A stretch of 57,373 nucleotides of DNA, taken from IMG/VR virus record IMGVR_UViG_3300031759_000022, positions 1 to 57,373 of that record, one strand, 5' to 3'. The notes under the pieces are model-generated. The model saw only the letters and a program-made list of their open reading frames with translations. It was not told where the DNA came from and made no database searches. Shown here in pieces: positions 48,885 through 57,201 of the stretch (the stretch's first letter is position 1; each line of letters starts with the position of its first letter). Position numbers and translations under genes: made by a program. The stretch comes from a virus. Taxonomy: Duplodnaviria > Caudoviricetes.

Positions 48885-49018
48885 TTTGTTTTCTCACAGT
48901 TGTATATGACGGTGCAAATATTGTTTTGACAAATAATTTCCTTGGTGCAAGTTTGAGTTTGCGCAAAGGCGGTGATTGGGCTAAATGCCAGTAAAAATAA
49001 CCAAATAATACACTCCAT
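48881..49018 (-). CDS. Small secreted Cys-rich peptide, 45 aa
   Basis: Hand-translated MECIIWLFLLAFSPITAFA-QTQTCTKEIICQNNICTVIYNCEKTK; GGAG RBS. Confidence 0.55.
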   Translation of the reverse strand: MECIIWLFLLAFSPITAFAQTQTCTKEIICQNNICTVIYNCEKTK

Positions 49019-49020
49019 AC

Positions 49021-49233
49021 TTATCTCCTAAATGGTGTGGCTGGTGCGCGTCTGCCGTACAACCGACGAACCTTTATGGCTGTAATTCTGCCAAAGGTAA
49101 TATTTCGCCAGCCTTGGTGCGCGCGTCTTGTTCGTTGTAGCTTAAAGCGTTTTTTCTTAAACTTAGGTATGTAACTACGCACACCTCTGCGCCGACCAAC
49201 ACCACCAAAAATGGTGGTGAAGTCGTTACGCAT
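49021..49233 (-). CDS. Very Arg-rich small protein
   Basis: Likely start MRNDFTTIFGG; fills the gap after the primase. Confidence 0.5.
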   Translation of the reverse strand: MRNDFTTIFGGVGRRRGVRSYIPKFKKKRFKLQRTRRAHQGWRNITFGRITAIKVRRLYGRRAPATPFRR

Positions 49234-49249
49234 TATTGTCTTTCTAAAG

Positions 49250-51580
49250 TTAAAACACTTCTTCATTAAATGATTCCACGCTCTCAACATACTTTTGAGC
49301 TTTGTCAGTTAATTTTACACCATGGTAAACCTGTATTCTACCACCGTTTGCCCTATCTTCGCCAGTTAAAATTCTATGCTCCTGTGTAGCGGCTAAGAAA
49401 CGGCGTTTAAACGCTAGTTCTGTACCTGGGGGTAAAGACTTATGTATAGCCCATTTTTTGTAGCAAGTGAACACATCGTCTTTAGATACCTTACCTGTAG
49501 GGTCAAACACAAGAGCGTCTTCAACAAATGAACCTATTGGATTGCCCAGTTCGGACATTAACTCTAATAACTGCTTACCCGATTCTGGTTGGATAAAGTG
49601 CCCACCACGGGCTAGTCGGCGTTTAAGTCCATCCATAGCCCAGTTAAAAATACCAGCTAACTCCTTATCTAATTTAACGGACAAGTCTGTATCTTCATTG
49701 TTATAAAATGAACGGGTCATTTTAAACACTACCATACGGCCCGTCAATGCGTTAGAGTTCTCAGTTAATTGAAGTACCTCGTTACTATAAACCACAATAC
49801 GGGTAGGAAGATAGCCGCTCCAAGCCTCTTTGTTCTTTCGATTGACTGTGACGGTATCGCCACCCACAATCCGCAAAAGCTGAGATACGACAGCACTCCT
49901 ATTACGTTCGGGAGCTCTTGCATCTGTGAAAGAAGCCAATAATTTACCCAGCCAAGGCTGTAAGCCAAAAGTATCACAAAGTTCCTCTAGTTGTGGTGCA
50001 ACGGTATTATGTTGTCCTAGTAACGATACCAGCACCTTGTTAATAGTCCCCTTACCTGATCGGCGAGGTCCGATAATATTAAAGAATTTTTGTTGCTTTG
50101 TTTCACCCGACAACACATATCCAAACATTTCTTGCAATGCTTGGACTGATTCAGGGTCATCCCCCCATACTGATTCTAAAAACCCCATCCATGATGGGCA
50201 TTGTGCAGTTGGGTTATATGTAAACGGCAATGAGTTTGGAGTAAAGAATCCCAATGAGTGCGGGATCATTACATAATCTTTTAGATGGAAGATTCCGTTT
50301 TTAAGGGAGATAAGGTCAGAAGCGTCGGGCTGGTTTGAAGCATATTGTTCCAACCAGATTGGCGGTTTCGTATTAGGATGGTTTGGCAAATGGCAGATGG
50401 ACTTAACTGCATCGAGTGCCGCAGATACGGATGCTGGAGAAGGGTTAAACATTTCAAGTGCCCCCTTTCTTCCCGTCTTCTTGCATTTATCCAAAAAAGC
50501 GTAAAGTTTAGCTCTGATTGTTGCTTCTTCGATAATTTCATAATGAGTACCTACATAAATAAAGAAGTCCTGCGCGTAGTGAACTAATGTATGTCCTTCT
50601 TCGCTTGAGAACAGATTGTCTAAAAACGTACGGGCATGATTCATTGTTCCTGCATCAAGAATAATATCGCCCCGCTTTAACGCCGCTTGTCTGGTTTGGA
50701 TGTTTACTTTGAAGATAAGCGAGCGCAACGTGGATGTAGAACCACTCTCCCGTTTAAACGTCTTCCACTTTGCATGGCATGAGTTATCGCCCGTGGCTTG
50801 GTAGGCTGGTGTTGCTCCATCATTGTAAGACCATGTATTCCAGAGTTCACAGGCTTCCGGGTCACCTCTAAACTGGTGATGGAGAGCATACCCTACACTC
50901 ATCCAGTCTGCGTAGCCACAATCAGGGTTTAAATGCGCTAGGATGTCTGTTTCAACACGGGCTAGGTCGTACTCAGGGACAGGGGGTTTGTAGTCTGCAA
51001 AGTCATCCCCAGTAACATGAACCACCCTATCAGGAATAACGGAGGATAAGTCTTGTTCCTGTGCGGGGACAGAACCGCTTATAAGGTGTCCTGTTACCGT
51101 GAAGTATCTTCCATGGGGGTATGCCTCAAATCCAATCGAATGGTCTACATGGGCTGTTTTAAGGCTTCCACGGGTAAATATCTTTACACCTGTTCCCGAT
51201 GGGCTGATTTCCATGTAGCCGTTGACGGATTCTGCAATATGCTGCATTGCAGCATTTGTGAAACTCGACAATTCGGCATCATAGCAGTCATCCAAATCAA
51301 TGCCCACTAGGTTATCATCTTCGGAGAAGACAAATCCAACACCACTAAATCGGTCAGGGTTGTTTTGATAGGCGGCTTGGACTGTTAGGAAGTCTGCCCA
51401 TGTTGTTGGGTTAGTGGATGATGCAGATTGCCCTGATGCTTGAATTGGTAGTTTTGACCAGCGTCTATTACCTTCTTCGCCCACTTCTGTATGACGCCAT
51501 AGAACCCATCTAGGGATTCTTTTAATCTCCATGGGTATGTTCTCAAAGATTACGGGCAGTGCTTCTGGTTTATTGCTCAT
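49250..51580 (-). CDS. Primase-helicase (AEP/PrimPol N-domain, PriCT-2, D5-like SF3 helicase)
   Basis: RWVLW, GIDLDDC, EISPSGTG, RYFTVTG; YADWMSVGYALH; GPRRSGKGT Walker A. Confidence 0.9.
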   Translation of the reverse strand: MSNKPEALPVIFENIPMEIKRIPRWVLWRHTEVGEEGNRRWSKLPIQASGQSASSTNPTTWADFLTVQAAYQNNPDRFSGVGFVFSEDDNLVGIDLDDCYDAELSSFTNAAMQHIAESVNGYMEISPSGTGVKIFTRGSLKTAHVDHSIGFEAYPHGRYFTVTGHLISGSVPAQEQDLSSVIPDRVVHVTGDDFADYKPPVPEYDLARVETDILAHLNPDCGYADWMSVGYALHHQFRGDPEACELWNTWSYNDGATPAYQATGDNSCHAKWKTFKRESGSTSTLRSLIFKVNIQTRQAALKRGDIILDAGTMNHARTFLDNLFSSEEGHTLVHYAQDFFIYVGTHYEIIEEATIRAKLYAFLDKCKKTGRKGALEMFNPSPASVSAALDAVKSICHLPNHPNTKPPIWLEQYASNQPDASDLISLKNGIFHLKDYVMIPHSLGFFTPNSLPFTYNPTAQCPSWMGFLESVWGDDPESVQALQEMFGYVLSGETKQQKFFNIIGPRRSGKGTINKVLVSLLGQHNTVAPQLEELCDTFGLQPWLGKLLASFTDARAPERNRSAVVSQLLRIVGGDTVTVNRKNKEAWSGYLPTRIVVYSNEVLQLTENSNALTGRMVVFKMTRSFYNNEDTDLSVKLDKELAGIFNWAMDGLKRRLARGGHFIQPESGKQLLELMSELGNPIGSFVEDALVFDPTGKVSKDDVFTCYKKWAIHKSLPPGTELAFKRRFLAATQEHRILTGEDRANGGRIQVYHGVKLTDKAQKYVESVESFNEEVF

Positions 51581-51685
51581 TAAGATTCCTTTCTTATTTC
51601 CGCTATTGTATAGCGAAACAGCCGGAAATACTAAATAACTTTTAGTTATATTGAAATTCCTTATGATACCAAAAAGTTATGGATT

Positions 51686-51843
51686 GACAGGGTAGCGGGG
51701 GTCTATCTCACTTTATTCTTTTTTAAAAAAAAAAAAAAAAAAAAAATATAATAAGAAAAGGTAAATATACCCTGTATTTCACGACTACCCTGTCTATTTT
51801 TGTGGATAACCTGTGGATAACCTGTGGATAACCTGTGGATAAC
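51686..51843. other. Putative replication origin: inverted repeat + A22 tract + four DnaA boxes
   Basis: GACAGGGTAG 51686-51695 / CTACCCTGTC 51785-51794 flank a T/A tract; TGTGGATAA at 51801, 51812, 51823, 51834; directly upstream of the primase-helicase. Confidence 0.7.
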
Positions 51844-51861
51844 TTTTATTGCACCATTCTT

Positions 51862-51891
51862 GGGCGTTTTGCGATAAAATTTTGCATTAGT
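51862..51891 (+). promoter_or_regulatory. Late-motif copy oriented antisense to early genes, beside the origin
   Basis: GGGCG 51862-51866, TGCATTAGT 51883-51891, 16-nt spacer. Confidence 0.6.
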
Positions 51892-52108
51892 AGTTACCTA
51901 GAATAATATCTGCTACTTCCTTGGTTAAAGGGGTGCAACTATTAGATTCCACGGTAAACACCTCGTATTTATTAAAAGACTCAATGTTTTTTGTTTTTAC
52001 TGGGTCTTTAAGGGTGGTTGTTCTTATTACAAGGTTTAGCCCATCGTTATAGACTGTTACTACCTCCCCTAACATTTCACCCCACATAACCCAATCCCCG
52101 GACTTCAT
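51887..52108 (-). CDS. Small SH3/KOW-like protein, TKEVADI family
   Basis: MKSGDWV...GEV; ends PLTKEVADIILG. Confidence 0.7.
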   Translation of the reverse strand: MKSGDWVMWGEMLGEVVTVYNDGLNLVIRTTTLKDPVKTKNIESFNKYEVFTVESNSCTPLTKEVADIILGNY

Positions 52109-52302
52109 AGGTCTATTTCAAAACCTAGTCTTTTAACCATCTTATAAGACCATTTTCGGAAAGATTCTCTGTTTTCGCTGGTTTGTTCATCATTTGAATC
52201 CCATTCAGATTGGATTTCAAATTCACCTTCAAGATTGTGAAATTCTAACCTTAATAGGTTTCCGTCTTTATCGTAAACATCCGTTGGAATAACCTTGGTC
52301 AT
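52105..52302 (-). CDS. Hypothetical protein
   Basis: 65 aa, overlap-coupled. Confidence 0.6.
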   Translation of the reverse strand: MTKVIPTDVYDKDGNLLRLEFHNLEGEFEIQSEWDSNDEQTSENRESFRKWSYKMVKRLGFEIDL

Positions 52303-52616
52303 TATATTTCCTTAACTTTGCTTGGTTTTTCTTCCCAGTTATCTGGTGTGCCGTAATCCCCCCGTGATGACCTCATGCGTTCCTCCTCACGATACCTAGG
52401 TTCTACACCTAACCACATAGCAAAAGCCTCTGCATACTCCACATACTCGTCGTTAATTACATATAGCGGGTGGTTTAGCCCCGCAACATCAACTGTATGG
52501 GAAATGGTGCAAGACCTTACCCAAGTCTTATTGCGTTTAAACAGCCTGTCCCTAGCTATAATAAAACGGTTATAGGCTCTGGTCTGTTCGGGGTTTAGTT
52601 CAATCATCTTGCTCAT
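52302..52616 (-). CDS. Hypothetical protein
   Basis: 104 aa, overlap-coupled. Confidence 0.6.
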   Translation of the reverse strand: MSKMIELNPEQTRAYNRFIIARDRLFKRNKTWVRSCTISHTVDVAGLNHPLYVINDEYVEYAEAFAMWLGVEPRYREEERMRSSRGDYGTPDNWEEKPSKVKEI

Positions 52617-53175
52617 CAGTTAATCTTTCTGTATTTAAGTGGTCTATGGAGATAGGCTCTCTAACCATAAAGGACTGCAACTGCGCCAATTTGCGTGTTG
52701 TAATCCCCATTATTTTTGCCAGTTCTTCGGGTTTAGGACTTCTGCCTAGGATTTGAGATAAGGCTCTTTCGTTGTAGTTCATCTTCTTTAATGCCTCTAC
52801 TACATTCATAGGCAATCGAATGATGCTGGAAAGGTTGTCAAGTTCTCGCCTTACACCCTTCTCAATAAAGGACTTTGCGTAGGTCGCAAACTTAGCATTG
52901 TTTTTTGGTTTCCATTTGCGCCCTGCTATTAGTAATTGCTCATTACCAATGCCAATGATATCTTCAACAGGCATTTTGCCATGCTTCCAATAACTCATTT
53001 TACGCACTACATAAACGACAAAACGCAGATTGTGGGTAATAAGGCGGTCTAATGCCTCGTTATCCCCCTGTGCTATTTTGTAAGCTAGTTCATGCTCTTG
53101 CTCGGTTGTTAGTGGCTCAATACCGTACAATGATTGTAGGTAGTCACTTAGTATGTCGTTGTCAATCATAGGCAC
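52600..53175 (-). CDS. Sigma70-family factor containing regions 1.2, 2 and 3 but lacking region 4
   Basis: DYLQSL...LTTEQEHELA, LITHNLRFVV, DIIGIGN..LL.A, KFATYA, IIRLP, LGRSP..EELA, PISID, then stop. Confidence 0.88.
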   Translation of the reverse strand: MPMIDNDILSDYLQSLYGIEPLTTEQEHELAYKIAQGDNEALDRLITHNLRFVVYVVRKMSYWKHGKMPVEDIIGIGNEQLLIAGRKWKPKNNAKFATYAKSFIEKGVRRELDNLSSIIRLPMNVVEALKKMNYNERALSQILGRSPKPEELAKIMGITTRKLAQLQSFMVREPISIDHLNTERLTDEQDD

Positions 53176-53196
53176 TCACATTTTGTATGAGTGCCT

Positions 53197-53205
53197 ATTA
53201 TATCA
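53197..53205 (-). promoter_or_regulatory. Extended -10 promoter (TGaTATAAT) for the sigma gene
   Basis: Consensus TGnTATAAT about 22-30 nt upstream of the start. Confidence 0.6.
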
Positions 53206-53364
53206 CATACCCTTTCTTTTTGCACCATAATGGTGCTTGTAACACATAACTAAATAGGTAGCCAGTAAAGCCCACCATGAATTAACTACTACCCACCACA
53301 AACCCTTGATTAAACCTAATACTGATATTGTTACTAGATAAAATAATGCCACTATGTATTCCAT
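53203..53364 (-). CDS. Small membrane protein, 53 aa
   Basis: Hand-translated MEYIVALFYLVTISVLG...; two hydrophobic segments. Confidence 0.5.
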   Translation of the reverse strand: MEYIVALFYLVTISVLGLIKGLWWVVVNSWWALLATYLVMCYKHHYGAKRKGM

Positions 53365-53489
53365 TAAAACAATGCCTTTCCTAGTTGTTTAAACACTTCC
53401 GAAAAGGTGAGGCTTCGTACCCTCTTTGGTTTTGGTGCTGGCTTCCATACCACCTCACCAAAATCATCATACTTAATCTTCGGGTTCAT
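53364..53489 (-). CDS. Small hypothetical protein, 41 aa (MNPKIKYDDFGEVVW...LGKALF)
   Basis: Hand-translated; TAATG coupling. Confidence 0.5.
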   Translation of the reverse strand: MNPKIKYDDFGEVVWKPAPKPKRVRSLTFSEVFKQLGKALF

Positions 53490-53622
53490 AAAAGTATTCT
53501 AAACTTCCATCTTCGCCCAACTCCTCCAATGTCTTTAACTTCTGCATAAAGCATTTCTGTGTTTCGTAGTCCTCATCAAAGTTATCGTGGTTATCATCAG
53601 TAAAATAATCTCTGTTAATCAT
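53473..53622 (-). CDS. Small acidic protein (likely start MINRDYF)
   Basis: GAGGAG RBS supplied by the upstream cassette end; ATGA overlap. Confidence 0.5.
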   Translation of the reverse strand: MINRDYFTDDNHDNFDEDYETQKCFMQKLKTLEELGEDGSLEYFYEPED

Positions 53623-53828
53623 CTGCTTCTCCTCATAATATCGGCTACTTCTTTGGTTATAAAATGACAATCTTCATACAGGGCAATTCTTTCACTTCTA
53701 GTTTGAAAATCAAGGTGCGGGTTGTCCTTATAGTATTCAGTCGGCACATATAGATATATCAAGTTCGCTATTTGCCTAGAAACCATACAAGGGTATCCCT
53801 TATACTCCACAAAATCACCGTACTTCAT
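53619..53828 (-). CDS. Small SH3/KOW-like protein, TKEVADI family
   Basis: MKYGDFVEY; ends ITKEVADIMRRSR. Confidence 0.7.
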   Translation of the reverse strand: MKYGDFVEYKGYPCMVSRQIANLIYLYVPTEYYKDNPHLDFQTRSERIALYEDCHFITKEVADIMRRSR

Positions 53829-53830
53829 GT

Positions 53831-54037
53831 TTAAACACTCCTCATAATGTCTGCTACTTCTTTGGTTATGGGGGTTACTTGATCTTGGTTATATACACTC
53901 TCTCCATAATTAACGGGGCTGTAATCTTCTTTACAATGCTTCACCCATATTGCCCCACCTCCTGTATCCCAAGTAACCTTGCCTATATGGGTCTTACCAT
54001 CAAACCCTTCCGCAAATACAAATTGCCCACGAATCAT
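53831..54037 (-). CDS. Small SH3/KOW-like protein, TKEVADI family
   Basis: MIRGQFV...IGKV; ends PITKEVADIMRSV. Confidence 0.7.
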   Translation of the reverse strand: MIRGQFVFAEGFDGKTHIGKVTWDTGGGAIWVKHCKEDYSPVNYGESVYNQDQVTPITKEVADIMRSV

Positions 54038-54039
54038 GT

Positions 54040-54231
54040 TTAAACACTCCTCATAATGTCTGCTACTTCTTTGGTTATGGGGAATATCTCATTGGTAGGT
54101 TCAATTATTGCGTATTCTTTATCCTCGGCATTTAACACCCATATCTGACAATACATTCCCCCGTACTGTCTAATTTGACCAACACCTGTGCTATACATAA
54201 CCCAATCTCTAGGGTTCATGCTATCACCCAA
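54040..54231 (-). CDS. Small SH3/KOW-like protein, TKEVADI family (likely start MNPRDWV at 54219)
   Basis: DWVMY..GVGQI; ends PITKEVADIMRSV. Confidence 0.7.
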   Translation of the reverse strand: MGDSMNPRDWVMYSTGVGQIRQYGGMYCQIWVLNAEDKEYAIIEPTNEIFPITKEVADIMRSV

Positions 54232-55031
54232 TATGAAACTGAATCTTGCCTCAAGCCAATGTCCTCTACAAATTCCTTTTCGTTTGAGATATCTAATACA
54301 AACATTTTACCTCTAATATCTTCAGGAAGCTCGTTTAAACTTGCTAATATTTGCGGCTCTTTGCTACCTTTTTTGATATACTCTACTGAATTCGGTTTGA
54401 CCCATACAAAAGAATAATCAGGGTCATAGCGGGAATACTTGTCAATCTCGGCTTTATTTTCGGCTAAGTAGTTCATGGCACTAGCAAATTTTTGGGTCTT
54501 AGGTGCATAACCAATGCTATGCAAGTGAATCATATCCTCATAGGCTAAATCAAAAGCTGAATCTGTTTGCCTATTTACTTGCCAACTCCATTTATTTCTT
54601 ATATTGGCAACTGCGCCTTCAAAATTACTTTTCACTTCATCAATGACTTGAAATATGGTTAATGGGTGTATGGTTTTCTTTGCCGTTGCTAGAATGTTTT
54701 TGGCATGAATGGAGGATTTAAGCTGACCCTCTCCTCGCCCATAATATCTTCGGCTTGATTCCACATTCCTATTAACAATCCAAAATTTGCCATCAAATTT
54801 TTGTCTGCCAATTACTGAAACACGCTTATTAAGGCTATCATCAAAGTAAACATCCAATGAAGTAGTAACCCCTACCCATTCACATTCAATTGGAATATTG
54901 TATCGTTCTACTTCACCCTGGTTAAACACTACATTCGGAATGGCTTTTTGTATATTGTTTGCCAGTTCTACAAGTAAAGAATCCACATGGGGGATATCTT
55001 GAAACGGTATATAAATTGCTTCTTCTTTCAT
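54216..55031 (-). CDS. Early hypothetical protein
   Basis: 271 aa, AAGGAG RBS. Confidence 0.7.
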   Translation of the reverse strand: MKEEAIYIPFQDIPHVDSLLVELANNIQKAIPNVVFNQGEVERYNIPIECEWVGVTTSLDVYFDDSLNKRVSVIGRQKFDGKFWIVNRNVESSRRYYGRGEGQLKSSIHAKNILATAKKTIHPLTIFQVIDEVKSNFEGAVANIRNKWSWQVNRQTDSAFDLAYEDMIHLHSIGYAPKTQKFASAMNYLAENKAEIDKYSRYDPDYSFVWVKPNSVEYIKKGSKEPQILASLNELPEDIRGKMFVLDISNEKEFVEDIGLRQDSVSYWVIA

Positions 55032-55046
55032 TTTAATACTCCTTAA

Positions 55047-56030
55047 TTAAGCAAACCAAGATTTATAACGGTCTTTGCACAACTGACCTAGAGGCACTTC
55101 AACTGCCTTTAATGGCTTAACGATCTTATATAAATCTCCATGCACATATCTACTAAGCCTCTCTTTATGGAATACATGGGTGTATTTTGTATCGTAACCC
55201 CCACCTGTTTCTTTCATAAAATGGTCGTATGTTGATACTTTTATTTTAAATTTATAGTTTTCGGCAAGAGTAAACCAATGCTCAGGAGTATTGTCATCGA
55301 CTTGTTTAAACACATCGGCTACTTTAATACCTTTATCTTTTGATACTAATTTAAGGGGGCTTTCCCATGCACCACAATATTTTGGCTCTACCATATCCAC
55401 CATAACTTTAAGGTAATCTAAAAAGGGTTTAGTCTTAGCCCTCCATTCTTTAGTTAATTCTCTATCTAAGGTGTGGATTACTTCTCTACGCACTACCAAT
55501 GGCATCCAATCCTTCGTGCCCTGTTTGCGTGTGAAAGAGATATCCCCTTTTTCTATGGTGTAATACTGACCGTTTAAACTCACATACTTACAAGTGCTAT
55601 GGTTTACCATTTCAAAACCGTACGGCAAATTGAAGTCATAAAAGTAAAAAACAGAATTACAACTGAAACCCCTCGGATATAGACCGTGTGGATCAGATTG
55701 TGACCATATAGTTCTAGGTGTGTGGACTGTCAATGTTTCCATGCCATCGTTTAAACAGTATGTTATGGCTCTGCTATGAAGCCTTGACTTATTTATCTCC
55801 GACCAACGGTACGCGTCATAAGTAACATAATATTCATTGTCACTCACCTTTACAATTCGTTCTTGTGACCTATTCCTCTCACCCAAGGGGCGAATATCAA
55901 GATGACCCCTTTTCTTTCCAGTAATCGGTTTTACTTCCTCGTATCGGTTTGCTACTCTTAGAAAATCAAATCTACCACCGTTATCTCTTTGCACATCATA
56001 AGGTGTGCGAGTATTCCGTCCAAAACCCAT
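55047..56030 (-). CDS. Early hypothetical protein (likely start MGFGRN)
   Basis: Long ORF; GAGGAG RBS precedes the ATG at 56030. Confidence 0.7.
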   Translation of the reverse strand: MGFGRNTRTPYDVQRDNGGRFDFLRVANRYEEVKPITGKKRGHLDIRPLGERNRSQERIVKVSDNEYYVTYDAYRWSEINKSRLHSRAITYCLNDGMETLTVHTPRTIWSQSDPHGLYPRGFSCNSVFYFYDFNLPYGFEMVNHSTCKYVSLNGQYYTIEKGDISFTRKQGTKDWMPLVVRREVIHTLDRELTKEWRAKTKPFLDYLKVMVDMVEPKYCGAWESPLKLVSKDKGIKVADVFKQVDDNTPEHWFTLAENYKFKIKVSTYDHFMKETGGGYDTKYTHVFHKERLSRYVHGDLYKIVKPLKAVEVPLGQLCKDRYKSWFA

Positions 56031-56031
56031 T

Positions 56032-57201
56032 TTAATTCTCCTCAATATGAATTGTTGCACCAATAGGTGCGGTTGTTTGCTTGTTGTCTTGTATTACCCA
56101 CAATACGGGGCAATTCCAACTCCCTCCCCAATCATTGCCTACATACCCATCGGTTAAAACAATGGCACATACTGGCTCTATCTTGTGCTTGTCCATGTAT
56201 TTTGTAATACAGGATGGGCTTGTACCTCCGCCACCCTTCGGCTTGGTAGATGATCGCATTTTATCGGCTTCGTTTAAACCATATACTTCATGCCCCGCTA
56301 CTGCGCTATCCCAATACAATAAATCTACCTGTTCGGGATTTACATTTTCCATAATGCTACTAACTTCTGACAAAAATCGGTTTAATATTGCGCCTTGAAT
56401 ACTGCCTGATGCATCAATAGCCAAAACAACACGACCCATCGTTTCACTAAATTGTGATGGCATATAAATGTCATGTTGTAACCACCTTCTGTTGGGTCTA
56501 GCCCATGTTGAATCATCTTTGCCTTTACATACTGCTGAAACAAATTCTCGTAGTGCCTCTTTCCAATTTACTTTGGCACTCATCAACTCATCAAATGATC
56601 TGTTTAAACTGCCCCCTACCTTACCCGCTAAGATTGCGCCTTGACGAATGGCCTGGTCTATTTCCTTACCAAGTTCTTCCTTCTCCTCGTCACTCATCTC
56701 CTCTGCGCCTTCCCAATCATGCTCATCAAACCCATCCCCTCCCCCTCCCCCGCCACCTTCCCCGCCTTCATCGGGTAATAGGTTGAATACATCGGCAGAG
56801 TTTAACCCCTTGTATTTAATATCATACAAACCCCCCTTTGGTAGTGTGATAAAGCCGTTTGAAAATTCGCCTTCATCCACTACTTCTATGTTAATAACAT
56901 AGTCACAAGCCTTATTAGCCTTGTCGTGGTTGATTTTGGATAGATGCTTCCATGTTAATAAATGGCGGTACATTTTATGCTTTGCTTCGTGAATAATTAC
57001 ACCACGCAAATCGGTATCGTTTAAACTCTCCACAAATTTGCGCCCGTAATATACATCCCGACCATTAGTACAAGCCGTTGGCAAATCCTCTTTGACTTTA
57101 CATTCTCCGACCATCAATACCCCCGAATATGCAACAAACTGCGGGGACTTCATAAGATCAATATGCGCTCTTTCAATTCGTTGCTCTGCGGTTAGTGCCA
57201 T
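56032..57201 (-). CDS. Metallopeptidase-vWA protein (DUF2201-like)
   Basis: PTACTNG, IIHEAKH (HEXXH), N.ACD..IN, AIDASGSI (MIDAS), GGGGT, VLTDGY. Confidence 0.88.
   Translation of the reverse strand: MALTAEQRIERAHIDLMKSPQFVAYSGVLMVGECKVKEDLPTACTNGRDVYYGRKFVESLNDTDLRGVIIHEAKHKMYRHLLTWKHLSKINHDKANKACDYVINIEVVDEGEFSNGFITLPKGGLYDIKYKGLNSADVFNLLPDEGGEGGGGGGGDGFDEHDWEGAEEMSDEEKEELGKEIDQAIRQGAILAGKVGGSLNRSFDELMSAKVNWKEALREFVSAVCKGKDDSTWARPNRRWLQHDIYMPSQFSETMGRVVLAIDASGSIQGAILNRFLSEVSSIMENVNPEQVDLLYWDSAVAGHEVYGLNEADKMRSSTKPKGGGGTSPSCITKYMDKHKIEPVCAIVLTDGYVGNDWGGSWNCPVLWVIQDNKQTTAPIGATIHIEEN

Noticed and set aside
51725-51746. Exact length of the A22 run as meaningful
   Set aside because: Homopolymer lengths are unreliable in assemblies; only its AT-richness is used.
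51801-51843. Tandem 11-bp repeat as a CRISPR array
   Set aside because: No spacers and the unit is too short; it matches DnaA boxes.
53629-54082. Spaced 49-bp repeats as CRISPR repeats or integron attC sites
   Set aside because: Intervening segments are ~160-bp coding sequence, the repeats are themselves coding, and no cas genes or integrase are visible.
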